From Candidatus Sulfomarinibacteraceae bacterium (lineage in GTDB: Bacteria; Acidobacteriota; Thermoanaerobaculia; Thermoanaerobaculales; Sulfomarinibacteraceae): DNA of 64,000 nucleotides. Positions 47,215-57,701 of the stretch are shown piece after piece (position 1 is the first letter of the stretch; each line of letters begins with the position of its first letter). The stretch spans positions 94,746-158,745 of the forward strand of contig CAVQQC010000022.1 in assembly GCA_963714895.1 (NCBI GenBank), read 5' to 3'. Under the pieces are notes generated by a model. It saw nothing but the letters and a program-made list of their open reading frames with translations. It made no database searches and was not told where the DNA came from. Made by a program: the position numbers and the translations under genes.

Positions 47215-47646
47215 GTGATTATTGAAATCAACGAGCGGTTCAGCCTCCCGGCCGGCGAGATCTATGCCTATTTCCGGACTCCCGCCGACTGGCCCCGGCT
47301 GTTCGGTATGGCCGGGGGCACCAGGGACCTGGGTGATGGTTGGTACGCGGTCGCTTTGAAGCGTTTCCCGTTTCCGCTGGTGGCGAAGAACACGGATCAG
47401 GAACCGAACCGGATGGCCAGGTGGGTCTTCCGGGGGTTCTGGCGGGGCAGGGGAGAGGTTCGATTCCTCGAGACTACTGAAGGAGTCACGGTCGTGGGCT
47501 TCGAAGAGATTGCGGTGAGAGCGCTCTTCTTCTTGTCACCCGTGGTTGAACGGCTGTTCCTCGAAAAGGGCTTCCGAGCGATCTGGGAGATCGGTTGGCG
47601 CCGGTTGCGCAAGAGAGAGGCCTCGGCGGGCGGGACCGCGCGGTAG
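47215..47646 (+). CDS. SRPBCC (START/polyketide cyclase-like) domain protein
   Basis: Size and an N-terminal pattern (IEINERFSLPAGEIYAYFRTPADWPRLF) typical of SRPBCC proteins. Weak call. Confidence 0.5.
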   Translation: MIIEINERFSLPAGEIYAYFRTPADWPRLFGMAGGTRDLGDGWYAVALKRFPFPLVAKNTDQEPNRMARWVFRGFWRGRGEVRFLETTEGVTVVGFEEIAVRALFFLSPVVERLFLEKGFRAIWEIGWRRLRKREASAGGTAR

Positions 47647-47974
47647 GTCCGGCGGTTGATCCGAACCCTGATCCCGGTCGAACGCCCCTGAACGGTATCG
47701 TGCCTCGTGCCCGCAGGCCCTGAGAGCGCCTCACAAAAGGCTGTTCTGATTCCCCGCCTCAGGTCCGGAAGGTATGATGTGTCGGTGCATCAACCGAACA
47801 CTTCCGCGTCGATCGCTCTTCTCGGGGCGTTCTCCGTTGCCGTGACGGTTGTCGGCACCAGCTGCGGGGTGCTCGTCCGGCCCGTTCTGACGAGTCTGAA
47901 ATGATACCCCGCCGAACCGGCTCGTTGCCTGTCGGTCTGGCGGCTGCCGGTTTCCCGGGCCGGGGGCGTCCGTC

Positions 47975-48310
47975 ATGAGGCTGGTCGAGGCTTTGCAGGT
48001 CGCCGGTGCCATTCTGGGCAGCGCGGCGTCTCTGTTTACCGTGATCGAGAAGCGACTCCTCATGCGTTTCCGGCGTGCCGATGCGACTGCACCGGAGAAC
48101 GCAGTCGAACTACCGCGGCTCGGGGTGCTCTCTCGTTGGAGGCTGTCCCGGCTCCGTTCAGTCCGAGCGGTTGTCGAGGTCGACGATCGGCGCACCTATC
48201 TCGACGAGAGAACATACGCGTCGCTTCGCAGGAAACGCGCGGTCTTCGGAATCATACTGGTCGTCGTCGCGTTGGCGCTCGTCGTCCTGCTGCACGCGGC
48301 CCTGAGCTGA
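47975..48310 (+). CDS. Hypothetical protein with terminal hydrophobic segments
   Basis: ORF only. Confidence 0.35.
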   Translation: MRLVEALQVAGAILGSAASLFTVIEKRLLMRFRRADATAPENAVELPRLGVLSRWRLSRLRSVRAVVEVDDRRTYLDERTYASLRRKRAVFGIILVVVALALVVLLHAALS

Positions 48311-48366
48311 ATCGAGGTTCTGCAATACATGGTGGACAGCCGCCATCCACGAGTGGAGGAATCTTC

Positions 48367-48768
48367 ATGGGTCAACGCGTCTTACATCCGGGAATCGCGC
48401 TCCTTACCTTCTGCCTGTTTGCGACATCCGGGGCTGCACAGGATCTCCCGATCCCCGAAGAGTGGAGCACCCATTACGCCTGGTTCCTGGTGGTGAACCC
48501 GGAGTACGTTTCCGCTGATAAGGAGGGGGAGGGCGCCATCACCGCGGCCCACATCCAGTATCAGCTGCACCTTCAAGAGAACGGCGTGGCGATTGCCGCG
48601 GGCGGCCTCGGCGAGGGACCGGGTGAGTCGATCGTCGGGTTGACGTTGCTTCGGGCAGAGAGCCTCGCCGGGGCGAAAGAAATCGCGGCGGCCGACCCGG
48701 CGGTGGAGGCCGGTCGCCTCATCGCCTGGGTGCGAGAGTGGTGGGTGCCTGCGGAGAGGTTGCCGTGA
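48367..48768 (+). CDS. YciI-like protein with signal peptide
   Basis: Signal-like N-terminus, then YAWFLVVNP...HIQYQLHLQENGVAIAAGGL...DPAVEAGRL. Confidence 0.6.
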   Translation: MGQRVLHPGIALLTFCLFATSGAAQDLPIPEEWSTHYAWFLVVNPEYVSADKEGEGAITAAHIQYQLHLQENGVAIAAGGLGEGPGESIVGLTLLRAESLAGAKEIAAADPAVEAGRLIAWVREWWVPAERLP

Positions 48769-48829
48769 CGCTTGTGTGAGCCGTGCATCTCTGGAGATCA
48801 CGGGTTATGATCCGATCAAGGAGCCGACC

Positions 48830-49235
48830 ATGCCCAACCTCGTACCAGGTGCTTCGGCCTCTCGAACCTGCACGATCAGCGATGAGATGATCCGCGGGTT
48901 TGCGGAGCTGACCGGCGACACCAACCCCGTCCATCTCGACGACGCCTATGCCGCGGGCACGCGCTTCGGCCGACGGATCGCCCACGGGATGATCGCAGCT
49001 GGGATGATTTCGGCAACCCTGGCCAATGACCTTCCGGGGCCAGGAACGGTCTACCTTGGCCAGTCGTTGAAGTTCAAACAGCCGGTCTACCCGGGCGACA
49101 CGATCACGGCGACCGTCGAGGTCCTCATCGGTGCGGCCCGACAAACCGATCGTGACCCTCGCGACCGTCTGCACCAATCAGGACGGCGAGGTGGTGCTGG
49201 AAGGCGAGGCGGTGGTCCGGGCGGGCGCCGAATAA
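48830..49235 (+). CDS. MaoC-like (R)-specific enoyl-CoA hydratase (one frameshift as assembled)
   Basis: FAELTGDTNPVHLDDAYA...RIAHGM...YLGQSLKFKQPVYPGDTITATVEVL, then in the next frame RPDKPIVTLATVCTNQDGEVVLEGEAVV. The join is at about 49130. Confidence 0.8.
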
Positions 49236-49325
49236 CCGGCTGCAGCGGGCCGGTCCGGGGCGCCGGATCCACGATTCAAAACCGGCACCCGGAGACCGGA
49301 GCGCCGACTCGAGGAAGGGTAGAAG

Positions 49326-49989
49326 ATGTTTCTCGGGCATTTCGGAGTCGGGTTCGGGGCCAAGGCGGCTGCGCCCAAAACCTCGCTCGGAACGTTGTTT
49401 CTGGCGGCGCAGTTCATCGATCTCCTGTGGCCGACGTTGCTCCTGGTCGGGCTCGAGCGGGTTGCGATCTGCGCCGGGCATCACGCGGGTGACGCCGCTT
49501 GATTTCACCCACTACCCCATATCCCACAGCCTGCTGGCGGTGCTCCTCTGGGGAGCTGGTTTCGGCCTCGTCTACTTCCTGTTGCGTCGCTATCCGCGCG
49601 GCGCGTGGGTCTGCGTTCTTGCGGTGTTCAGCCACTGGGTGTTGGATCTCGTGGTGCACCGGCCCGACCTGCCGCTGGCTCCCGGTCTGCAGGTGTTCGT
49701 GGGTCTCGGGCTGTGGAACTCGCTCCCGATCACCTTGGTTCTCGAACTCGGGATCTTCGCGGTTGGTGTCTGCCTGTATGTGCGGACGACCACGGCGTCG
49801 ACCGCGTGGGGACCGATCGCTCTCTGGAGCCTGGTCGGATTCCTGCTCCTGATCTACGTCGGAAATGTGTTCGGCGAACCGCCGCCGAACGTCGGTGCCA
49901 TCGCGTGGGTGGGCCACGCGCAGTGGCTGCTGGTGGCCTGGGGCTTCTGGATCGATCGGCATCGCACGACCAGGGAGACTGAAGATTGA
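49326..49989 (+). CDS. Membrane-bound metal-dependent hydrolase-like protein (YdjM/DUF457-like; one frameshift as assembled)
   Basis: MFLGHFGVGFGAK...FIDLLWP joins ...TPLDFTHYPISHSLL...HWVLDLVVHRPDLPL at about 49465. Confidence 0.55.
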
Positions 49990-50471
49990 CCACCCATACG
50001 CTCAGGCGTCGGCTGTTGCGTGTCGTCGTGATGGCCGCCCTGGTGGTCTGGATTGTGGTGTGGCTGCGGGTCTTCGGTTTTTCATTCAGCGCGAACTCTT
50101 TTCGACATCTCCACGGCACCCGTCTGGTCATCCTGATCATGGCGATGGCTGCCGTGACGGCGCCGGTGGTTTCAGGTTATTGGGCTGTGACCCGCACGAC
50201 GCGCCGCGAAGAGGGCGCCCTCAAGGCCTGTATCGTCAACCTGGTGGTGTCCGGGCTGCCGTTGGCCGTCTTCTGGTCGGTTCTTGCGGTTTGGATCAGG
50301 GTTGCTCGCCGGGCCGGAGAACTTGCCTTCGAAGCGGACGAGGCGATGGGCATCGGCATCGTGTTTCTGTTCTGCCAGGCCGCCTGGATTGCAGCCAACC
50401 TGGTCGCTGTCTGCACCATCGTTGTGTTGAAGCTGATCGAAGGTAAGAGCAACGACGGTCGGGTCGTGTAG
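49986..50471 (+). CDS. Hypothetical integral membrane protein
   Basis: 161 aa, 4 TM helices. Overlaps the previous stop. Confidence 0.45.
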   Translation: MTTHTLRRRLLRVVVMAALVVWIVVWLRVFGFSFSANSFRHLHGTRLVILIMAMAAVTAPVVSGYWAVTRTTRREEGALKACIVNLVVSGLPLAVFWSVLAVWIRVARRAGELAFEADEAMGIGIVFLFCQAAWIAANLVAVCTIVVLKLIEGKSNDGRVV

Positions 50472-50517
50472 ACTTCGAGACCTGTCAACACCTTTTTGAA
50501 CACCACCCGGAGGTTTT

Positions 50518-51483
50518 GTGGACTCCTTTGTCGATGCGGTGCTGACCCGTCTGCGAGAACAGTTCGATCCGGCGGTGATGGGGCCGGTGCTGGTCTCGAT
50601 GCTGACCAATCTCGTGATCGGTTTTCTGACCTTTGCGGGCTTCTATGCTCTGTGGTGGGTCATCGATCGTTTTGCGGGCGTGGTCTTGAGGCGAGGCAAG
50701 GTCGACCAGACATCCGCCAGTTTCGCCCGGACGATACTCAAGTTTCTCGTCCTCGCCTTTGGTGTCGTCCAGGCCTTGTCCGCAATCGGGGTCAACACCG
50801 CCGCGCTTGTCACCAGTCTGGGGGTGGCCGGTCTGACGATTGGCTTTGCGGCGCGCGACGCGTTGTCCAACTTGATCTCGGGCATCCTCATTTTCTGGGA
50901 CCGACCGTTTGTGATCGGAGATCTCGTCGAGGTCGAAGGACACTATGGACGGGTGGATCGGATCACCCCGCGGTCGACCCGGATCGTCACCGTCGACGGT
51001 CGGATGCTCGCCGTGCCGAATGCGACGGTGATCAACTCGACCGTGGCTTCCTACACCAACTTCCCGCACCTGCGACTCGACATCTCGGTCACGGTCGCTG
51101 TGACTGAGGACATCGATCGAACTCGTGAAATCCTGTTGAACCTGGTTCGAGACGATCCGAGCATCATGAACGACCCTCCTCCTCGGGTCGTGGTGACCGC
51201 CCTCAACGACTACAACGTGAACCTCCAGTTGCAGGCCTGGATCGAGGACGAAAAACAGCACATTCCAAAGACGTTCGAACTGCGGGAGGCGATCTTCACG
51301 ACCTTGACCGGCGCGGGCATTGACATGCCCTTCGAAACGCTGCAGTTGGCACCGATTGATGTGAGGGCGACGCCGGGAGAATCGAGGCCGCGGTCTGAAC
51401 GATGGCGCTGCTTCCGGTTGTATGATTCCGGTCCGGAGCCGGACCGTGCTGCTCCCGCGACCGCGCCCGAACGAGGTTCCTGA
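50518..51483 (+). CDS. Mechanosensitive ion channel (MscS family)
   Basis: 3 TM helices, then GVAGLTIGFAARDALSNLISGILIFWDRPFVIGDLVEVEGHYGRVDRITPRSTRI. Confidence 0.85.
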   Translation: MDSFVDAVLTRLREQFDPAVMGPVLVSMLTNLVIGFLTFAGFYALWWVIDRFAGVVLRRGKVDQTSASFARTILKFLVLAFGVVQALSAIGVNTAALVTSLGVAGLTIGFAARDALSNLISGILIFWDRPFVIGDLVEVEGHYGRVDRITPRSTRIVTVDGRMLAVPNATVINSTVASYTNFPHLRLDISVTVAVTEDIDRTREILLNLVRDDPSIMNDPPPRVVVTALNDYNVNLQLQAWIEDEKQHIPKTFELREAIFTTLTGAGIDMPFETLQLAPIDVRATPGESRPRSERWRCFRLYDSGPEPDRAAPATAPERGS

Positions 51484-51609
51484 ACGGAGGATGCGCGTGC
51501 CGAATCCTGGTGCCAGAATCTGGCGAATGATCACCGTGTCCTATCGTCCGCGCCCGGATGAGAGGACTTTTCTGGATCGCGTGAAAAGCCGCAGAAGGAC
51601 GATCTGACG

Positions 51610-52773
51610 GTGGAGGCGGCGGCGTTGAGCGCGCACGAGAGTCAACGGTTCTTCGGAGTGCGGATGGCCCGACGGGGTATCCAGCCGGTGTGGGTCCGCA
51701 TCGTCAACGGATCGGATCGGCCGCATCGTCTCGATCTGCTGAGCGTGGATCCCGGTTACTACACGTCGCTCGAGGCTGCCTACGTCAACCACTTCTCGGT
51801 CGGCAGGCGGCTCTTGAGTTTCGGGCTGCTCGGGTGGATGTTCCTGCCGTTGATGCCCCTCGTGCCGTTCAAGTTGCTCGGGGCCAGGGCGGCCAACCAC
51901 CGCATGAACGACTTTTTCAAGAACCACGGTTATCGACCGGGGCCCATCCGACCGGGGAGCGAAACGGCAGGATTCGTTTTCGTCAGTGTCGACGAGGGCA
52001 TCAAGAACGTGGACCTCAAGATCGTGGCGGCGGGCGGCCTCGTGGATTTCAGTTTTTCGCTCGAGGTGCCGGGTCTGACCCTCGACGATGTTGATGGCGC
52101 CTCGTCGCCGCAGACGAAGTTGCAGGAACTCGACGAGCCGGCGCTGCGGGATCTTCTCGAGAGTCAGCCTCGTTGCACGACCAACCAGGTGGGGACTCGC
52201 GAAGGCGACCCGCTCAACCTTGTGGTGATCGGCAATCGGGCGACGATTCTGCGATGCTTCGGCGCCCGCTGGGATGAGGTCGAATCGATCACCATCGCCA
52301 CCAGTCTGAAGACCTTCAAGGCCTTTCTCTTCGATTCCGAATACCGGTATTCTCCGGTGAGTCCGCTGTATCTGGACGGACACCGTCAGGAGCTGGCCCT
52401 GCAGAAGGCCAGGGCCAGCATCAACGAGCGGATTCACCTCAGGCTGTGGCCGACTCCACATTCCTTCATGGGGCAACCGGTGTGGATAGGACAGTGCAGC
52501 CGCGATATCGGGGTGCGCTACACGCTGAGGACCTGGAACCTGACGACGCACAAGATCGACCCGGATGTCGACGAGGCGAGGGACTACGTGATCGACGATC
52601 TGGTGGCGAGGGGGCGTGTGTCGCAAGTCGGTTACGTCAAGGGCGTCGGGGCGGCGCCACCCTCGGCACCGAGGCACAATCTGACCGGCGACCCCTACTT
52701 CACGGACGGCTCGAGAGCGGTCGTGGTGCTGTCGAAGAGCCGGACCGACGTGTCATACCTGAGCTGGGGGTGA
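51610..52773 (+). CDS. LssY C-terminal domain-containing protein (start uncertain)
   Basis: GDPLNLVVIGNRATILRCFGARWDE...YRYSPVSPLYLDGHRQELALQKA...ERIHLRLW. An upstream ORF (51422-51607) may be its frame-shifted N-terminus. Confidence 0.65.
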   Translation: MEAAALSAHESQRFFGVRMARRGIQPVWVRIVNGSDRPHRLDLLSVDPGYYTSLEAAYVNHFSVGRRLLSFGLLGWMFLPLMPLVPFKLLGARAANHRMNDFFKNHGYRPGPIRPGSETAGFVFVSVDEGIKNVDLKIVAAGGLVDFSFSLEVPGLTLDDVDGASSPQTKLQELDEPALRDLLESQPRCTTNQVGTREGDPLNLVVIGNRATILRCFGARWDEVESITIATSLKTFKAFLFDSEYRYSPVSPLYLDGHRQELALQKARASINERIHLRLWPTPHSFMGQPVWIGQCSRDIGVRYTLRTWNLTTHKIDPDVDEARDYVIDDLVARGRVSQVGYVKGVGAAPPSAPRHNLTGDPYFTDGSRAVVVLSKSRTDVSYLSWG

Positions 52774-52875
52774 GGCGCCCAGCTGCAGGTGGCTTGTTTC
52801 TGAAAGCGGTTCCCGAGATGAGCTGCAGAGCGGCGACAGTGCCGGCTCATCTGTCGCTCCTCCGGGGCTGTTCGG

Positions 52876-52971
52876 TGCGACCGTCCCGGCCGCACGTGCA
52901 GGCGGGACGCCTGCACCACAAATTCCTGCAACAACGATTGCGAAGGTTGTGGGGCACGCGTCCCGCGTGCC
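52876..52971. repeat. Cluster of three hairpin-CCACAA family units (two direct, one inverted)
   Basis: gtgcgaccgtcccggccgcac / gtgcaggcgggacgcctgcaccacaa / ttgtggggcacgcgtcccgcgtgcc. Followed by the direct repeat (aactcaacactaag)x2 at 52996-53025. Confidence 0.7.
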
Positions 52972-53028
52972 GGCTTGAAAAGTCGAACACTCACAGAACT
53001 CAACACTAAGAACTCAACACTAAGATAC

Positions 53029-55740
53029 TCATCCCGTGTTCTGCATCCCCCTGGCAATGCCCCTCACGGTCACTTTGAGCGCTTCTTCGAGTTCGAGGTC
53101 CTCTCGGTCGCCCGCTCGCCAACGCCGCAACAGATCGACCTGGAGGATGCTGATGGGGTCGACGTAGGGATTGCGAAGGCGAATCGAGCGCCGTAACACC
53201 GGTTCCCGCTCGAGCGGTTCCCTGATTCCCCGCAGACGACAGATCAGCTCCCGGGTGCGGCCGTACTCGGCCAGGATCCCGGGGAACAGCTTCTCGCCGG
53301 CCTCGCCCGCCAACCCGGCATACCGTTCGGCGATCCCCATGTCGGCCTTGGCGAGCACCATCTCGACATCGGCCAGGAGATTCTCAAAGAACGGCCAGTC
53401 ACGAGCCATCTCGCCGAGCAGGTCCTCGCCGTGGGCGTCGATAGCTGCAGCGAGACCCGCACCGACGCCGTACCAGCCCGGAAGCAGATGGCGGTTCTGC
53501 ACCCAGGAGAAGACCCAGGGGATGGCGCGCAGGCTTTCGACGCCGCCGCCCGAACGGCGGGAGGCCGGACGCGAGCCGATCTCGAGCCGCTCGATGATGT
53601 CGATCGGAGTGGCGGAGCGGAAGTAGGGGATGAAGTCCGGGTCCTCGTACACCAGGGCGCGGTAGGTCGACCGTCCGGTGCGTGCGATCGTCGTCATGAC
53701 GTCGGCGAATTCGCCGCTTGGAGTGTTTTCGTCACCGCCGCCGACGCTCGCTTCGAGCACGGCGCCCGTCATCAGTTCGAGAGTTCGCAAGGCGATGCCG
53801 CGCAGGCCGTACTTGGCATGGATGATTTCACCCTGTTCGGTGAGCCGCATGCGCCCGTGCATGACGCCGGGCGGCTGCGCGAGAATGCCCGCCCTCGGTT
53901 TGCTGCCGCCTCGGCTCGGTGTGCCGCCGCGACCGTGGAACAGGGTGAGCTCGACCCCGGCCCGGTCGGCGACCTCTGACAGCGTCGATTCCGCTCGGTA
54001 GAGTGCCCACCGCGAGGCCGCGAGACCGGATTCCTTGCTGGAGTCTGAATACCCCAGCATCACGATCTGCCGGTCGCCTCGTGCCGCGACGTGTGCCCGG
54101 TAGAGAGGATTGTCGAGAAGGGCGGTCAGAGTTTCGGAGGCTTGATCGAGATCACCGACGGTCTCAAACAGCGGCGCGACGTCCAGCGGAACGCCCCCGC
54201 CGGAATCGATCAGCCCCGCGCACCTCGCGAGATAGAGGACCGCCAGCGCGTCATCCGGCCCCTGTGCCATCGAGATGATGTAGGGACCGATGGCTTCTTG
54301 ACCGAAGACCTCTCGCGCCTCGGCGAGTGCTCGGAAGACACCAAGAGTCTTGGCAACGCCAGGATCGCTGGGGACATCGGCTTCAACCACCGACTCCAGG
54401 GCTTCGCGCAGCATCGCGGTGCGTTTGAGGGAGCCGGAATCTTCGAATTCGGCGTCGTCGAGAAGGACGCCGACCGCCGCCCGATGGACGGCGGCGTCCT
54501 GCCGGATATCGAGGGTCGCCATGTGGAATCCAAAGGCGGCGACCCGTTGCGCGAGTCTGGAGGTCCTGAGGAGGCCGGCGTGCTCACCCTTGTGACGGCG
54601 AAGACTGGCGGTCACCAACTCGAGGTCTTCAAGGAAACCGGATGCCGACCGGTAGGCGTGGTCGCCTCCGGCCAGGATTTCCTCCAATCGCGCCCAACAA
54701 AACCACAGCAGGATCCGGTGCGGCATATCGTCATAGCGATCCGGAATCCCAGCCGCCACCTCAGGCATGGTTTGGCGATAGAAGACGCATCGCTGTTCGA
54801 GTTCTGGGTCAACTTCGACTCGCGATCGAGATTGGCTGAGGTGACCGAAGAGTTCGCGGACCTCGGTGATGTAGCGGCCGATAATCATCTCGCGCTGACG
54901 GTCGAGGGTGCGACGGATGGTGTCGGGCCCGACATTGGGGTTGCCGTCCATATCGCCGCCGACCCACGATCCGAAACGCACGAACGGGCCCGGGAGGGCG
55001 TTCACGGCGTCGCCGCCGAAGGCCGTGAGAAACGATGCGGCCATCGCTTCGTCGAGCGCCGGCACCACGCGGTAGATGACGTCGATGAGGTAGAACAGAA
55101 CATGCTCGGTCTCGTCGGCCACCGTGCGCCTGACACCGGGGTGTTCGGCGGTCTGCCACATCAGCGTGATCTCGTCGCGAAGCCGGCCCGTTAGCGCTGC
55201 GTCCTCGGTCGGTGTGCGGTCGGTGTGCTGCAGTCGGTCGATCAGGAGGGCTGCGACGCGCTGCTCCTTGGCGAGGATCGTGCGGCGGATGGCTTCGGTG
55301 GGGTGCGCGGTGAAGACGGGTTCTACAAGCATTTTCCCGAGCACTGCGCGGACTTCGCCTGGCGTCGCTCCGGAAGCCGCGAGTCGACGCATGACGTCGT
55401 CGAGGCTGCCGGGTTGTGGCGTGCCCGACCGGAGATATTCGCGGCGGCGCCGGATGCGTTGGACCCGTTCCGCCATGTTGACGAGCGCGAAATAGCCGGA
55501 AAAAGCACGTGCCACCTCGGAGGCATCCGCGGGTGCGAGCCCGGTCAGCAGGTCGTCAAGCGTTTTTTCGGCGTCAGTGTCGCCTTCACGTCGTGACCGC
55601 GCCGCCACCCGCGCGCCCTCGACGATTTCGAAGAACTCATCACCGTCCTGTTCACGCAGCACTTCGCCGAGGAGGGCGCCGAGAAAACTGACGTCTCGCC
55701 GCAACCCGTCGGCGGCTTCAATTGGAGCGGTGTTATTCAT
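53029..55740 (-). CDS. ppc: Phosphoenolpyruvate carboxylase
   Basis: 903 aa. VFTAHPTE, GYSDSSKESG, FHGRGGTPSRGG, C-terminal RGIARGMQNTG. Confidence 0.95.
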   Translation of the reverse strand: MNNTAPIEAADGLRRDVSFLGALLGEVLREQDGDEFFEIVEGARVAARSRREGDTDAEKTLDDLLTGLAPADASEVARAFSGYFALVNMAERVQRIRRRREYLRSGTPQPGSLDDVMRRLAASGATPGEVRAVLGKMLVEPVFTAHPTEAIRRTILAKEQRVAALLIDRLQHTDRTPTEDAALTGRLRDEITLMWQTAEHPGVRRTVADETEHVLFYLIDVIYRVVPALDEAMAASFLTAFGGDAVNALPGPFVRFGSWVGGDMDGNPNVGPDTIRRTLDRQREMIIGRYITEVRELFGHLSQSRSRVEVDPELEQRCVFYRQTMPEVAAGIPDRYDDMPHRILLWFCWARLEEILAGGDHAYRSASGFLEDLELVTASLRRHKGEHAGLLRTSRLAQRVAAFGFHMATLDIRQDAAVHRAAVGVLLDDAEFEDSGSLKRTAMLREALESVVEADVPSDPGVAKTLGVFRALAEAREVFGQEAIGPYIISMAQGPDDALAVLYLARCAGLIDSGGGVPLDVAPLFETVGDLDQASETLTALLDNPLYRAHVAARGDRQIVMLGYSDSSKESGLAASRWALYRAESTLSEVADRAGVELTLFHGRGGTPSRGGSKPRAGILAQPPGVMHGRMRLTEQGEIIHAKYGLRGIALRTLELMTGAVLEASVGGGDENTPSGEFADVMTTIARTGRSTYRALVYEDPDFIPYFRSATPIDIIERLEIGSRPASRRSGGGVESLRAIPWVFSWVQNRHLLPGWYGVGAGLAAAIDAHGEDLLGEMARDWPFFENLLADVEMVLAKADMGIAERYAGLAGEAGEKLFPGILAEYGRTRELICRLRGIREPLEREPVLRRSIRLRNPYVDPISILQVDLLRRWRAGDREDLELEEALKVTVRGIARGMQNTG

Positions 55741-55746
55741 CGGGCG

Positions 55747-56643
55747 TCACCGAGGCATTTTCTCTACCGCCGCCCGGTCTGAGGACACTCCTGACACAGC
55801 TGGAACTTCGAAGAAGACCGTGCTGTTCTTGCCCGATTTCTTGGCCTCGTACATCAGATGGTCGGCGCGCGAGATGGCCTCTTCGGGGTTTCCGGGGGGG
55901 TCGAGAAACACCGCCGCGCCGATGCTGGCGCCGATCGGCCACTCGGCGGCGGCAGCAGCGGTGAGGTTGGCGCGAATCTTCTCGATCACCTCGCGAGCGC
56001 CGCTCTCGGCGGTTTCCGGCAGGAGGACGGCGAACTCGTCGCCGCCCAGCCGCCCGACGATGTCGGTGCGGCGGACCGAATTCATGAGGGCCGAGGCGAC
56101 CGCCTTGAGCGCGCGATCTCCCTCCGCGTGGCCGCGGGTGTCGTTGACCTTCTTGAAGTCGTCGAGATCGACGTAGACCAGGGTGAACGGCTTTTCGTTG
56201 CGCCCGGCCAGACCGATGATTTCGGCGGCCGAGTGTCGGAAGGAACGTCCGGACATGACTCCCGTGAGGCCGTCGATCCGAGCCAGCTTTTCCTCCATCC
56301 TCAGGTGGCGGTGGAGGTTGGTGAGAAGCGCTGCGACCAGAACGAAGAAACCGAGCCGCACCGCCGCGTTCCAGTACGGAATGAAGGGCGAGCTGTAGAC
56401 GCCGCCGTCGATGGCGTCGATCGCAAACCAGGTCCCCGCCGCGAGGACGCTGATGGTCGGGCCGCTCCAGCCTCCGACGTACCAGGCTGCAAGCGAGACC
56501 GGCAGCAGGTAGAAGATCGAAAATGACAACTCGGAACCGGTGGCGCTGTCGAGGGTGGCGACCGCTCCCACGAGAAGGACCGAGATGACGATGATCACCG
56601 TTCGCGGGGTGCGGCGAAATAGTCTATCGAATGTCTTCAGCAT
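55747..56643 (-). CDS. Membrane-anchored diguanylate cyclase (GGDEF)
   Basis: 4 N-terminal TM helices, then DGLTGV...DLDDFKKVNDTRGHAEGD...RLGGDEFAVLLP. Confidence 0.85.
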   Translation of the reverse strand: MLKTFDRLFRRTPRTVIIVISVLLVGAVATLDSATGSELSFSIFYLLPVSLAAWYVGGWSGPTISVLAAGTWFAIDAIDGGVYSSPFIPYWNAAVRLGFFVLVAALLTNLHRHLRMEEKLARIDGLTGVMSGRSFRHSAAEIIGLAGRNEKPFTLVYVDLDDFKKVNDTRGHAEGDRALKAVASALMNSVRRTDIVGRLGGDEFAVLLPETAESGAREVIEKIRANLTAAAAAEWPIGASIGAAVFLDPPGNPEEAISRADHLMYEAKKSGKNSTVFFEVPAVSGVSSDRAAVEKMPR

Positions 56644-56746
56644 GGTCGCGATCCGGCGCTTTCGGTTTCCGGGAACTGCATCATGGTTTCAATGTACCTG
56701 ATTCGGCGGTGAGCCGTTCGGCCGGGCGCCGCTTCCCGGGGGAAGG

Positions 56747-57505
56747 TCAGCCGCCGTCGCAACAACCGGCACCGGCGCCGTCGGGCGAAGGAACGCCGCT
56801 CTGCATCCCCTCGTGCTTGTGGATGGCGGCGGTGACCGATGCCGGGCGGCCGAGGATGGCGAAGAGACCCAGGGCCACCAGCAGGACGGCGGTGACGGCG
56901 GGCACGTGGCGGCGCAAAGGTGCGCTCAACAATTGAGTGCCGAACCCCACCGCCAACAGCGCGGGGACGGTGCCCGCCCAGAATGCGGTCATGACGGCTG
57001 CGCCCTCGATCGCGCCGCCGGTACCAGCAGCGGTGACCACGAAGGCCCACAACCAGCCGCAGGGCAGAAAGCCAGACAGCAGCCCGACGACGGAGGCGCG
57101 GACCAGCGGAGGTTTGTCGCTGACCAGCGAAAATCCGCGCCGGAAGAGGCGCGCCAACCGTCCGTTGCCGCTGCCGTGTTTGAAGATGCGGACGCCGCGA
57201 ATCTGGAGCAGGGCGAGCACGCCCCACAGGATCATGGTCGCTCCGGCGACCATCGCGGCGACGCGCTGAAAACCGGCCAACGACCCGGCGACGTCGAGGG
57301 CGGCGCCGACGGCTCCCGCGGCGAGCCCGAAGAGCACGTAGGTGACCAACCGTCCACCGGAGTAGGCGGCGTGGCTGAGCATCCGGCGGGTGCCCGCCGA
57401 CCCGTCGGACCCGCTGTAGAAGGCGACGAAGGGGCCGCACATGCCGACGCAGTGCAGCGAGCCGACCACGCTCGCGACGAAGACGGTGGCGAGAAGTGGG
57501 CTCAT
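56747..57505 (-). CDS. TauE/SafE-like (DsbD_2-type) membrane protein associated with the cco cluster
   Basis: GSLHCVGMCGPF and SGFLPCGWLW motifs, about 6 TM helices. Start taken at MSPLLATVF; the longer ORF only translates the repeat. Confidence 0.7.
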   Translation of the reverse strand: MSPLLATVFVASVVGSLHCVGMCGPFVAFYSGSDGSAGTRRMLSHAAYSGGRLVTYVLFGLAAGAVGAALDVAGSLAGFQRVAAMVAGATMILWGVLALLQIRGVRIFKHGSGNGRLARLFRRGFSLVSDKPPLVRASVVGLLSGFLPCGWLWAFVVTAAGTGGAIEGAAVMTAFWAGTVPALLAVGFGTQLLSAPLRRHVPAVTAVLLVALGLFAILGRPASVTAAIHKHEGMQSGVPSPDGAGAGCCDGG

Positions 57506-57522
57506 GGAGCGGTCCGTACAAA

Positions 57523-57696
57523 ATTCGGAATTCGGAATTCGGAATTTTGAATTTCGAACCCGTCGCTGCACCACACGGGAAGCGCTGTCCGCCATTCCGA
57601 ATTTCGGATTTCGGATTTCGGATTTGGCTCCGCCCTCCCCAAGAAACCTGGGTGGCTGGTTGAAAATCCGAAATCCGAAATCCGAAATCCGAAATC
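57523..57696. repeat. Composite heptamer element: (GGAATTC)n, then inverted (CGGATTT)n ... (AAATCCG)n
   Basis: 57523-57547 ggaattc array. 57596-57625 cggattt array. 57664-57696 aaatccg array (inverted partner, spacer of about 38 nt). Confidence 0.85.
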
Positions 57697-57701
57697 TTCT
57701 C

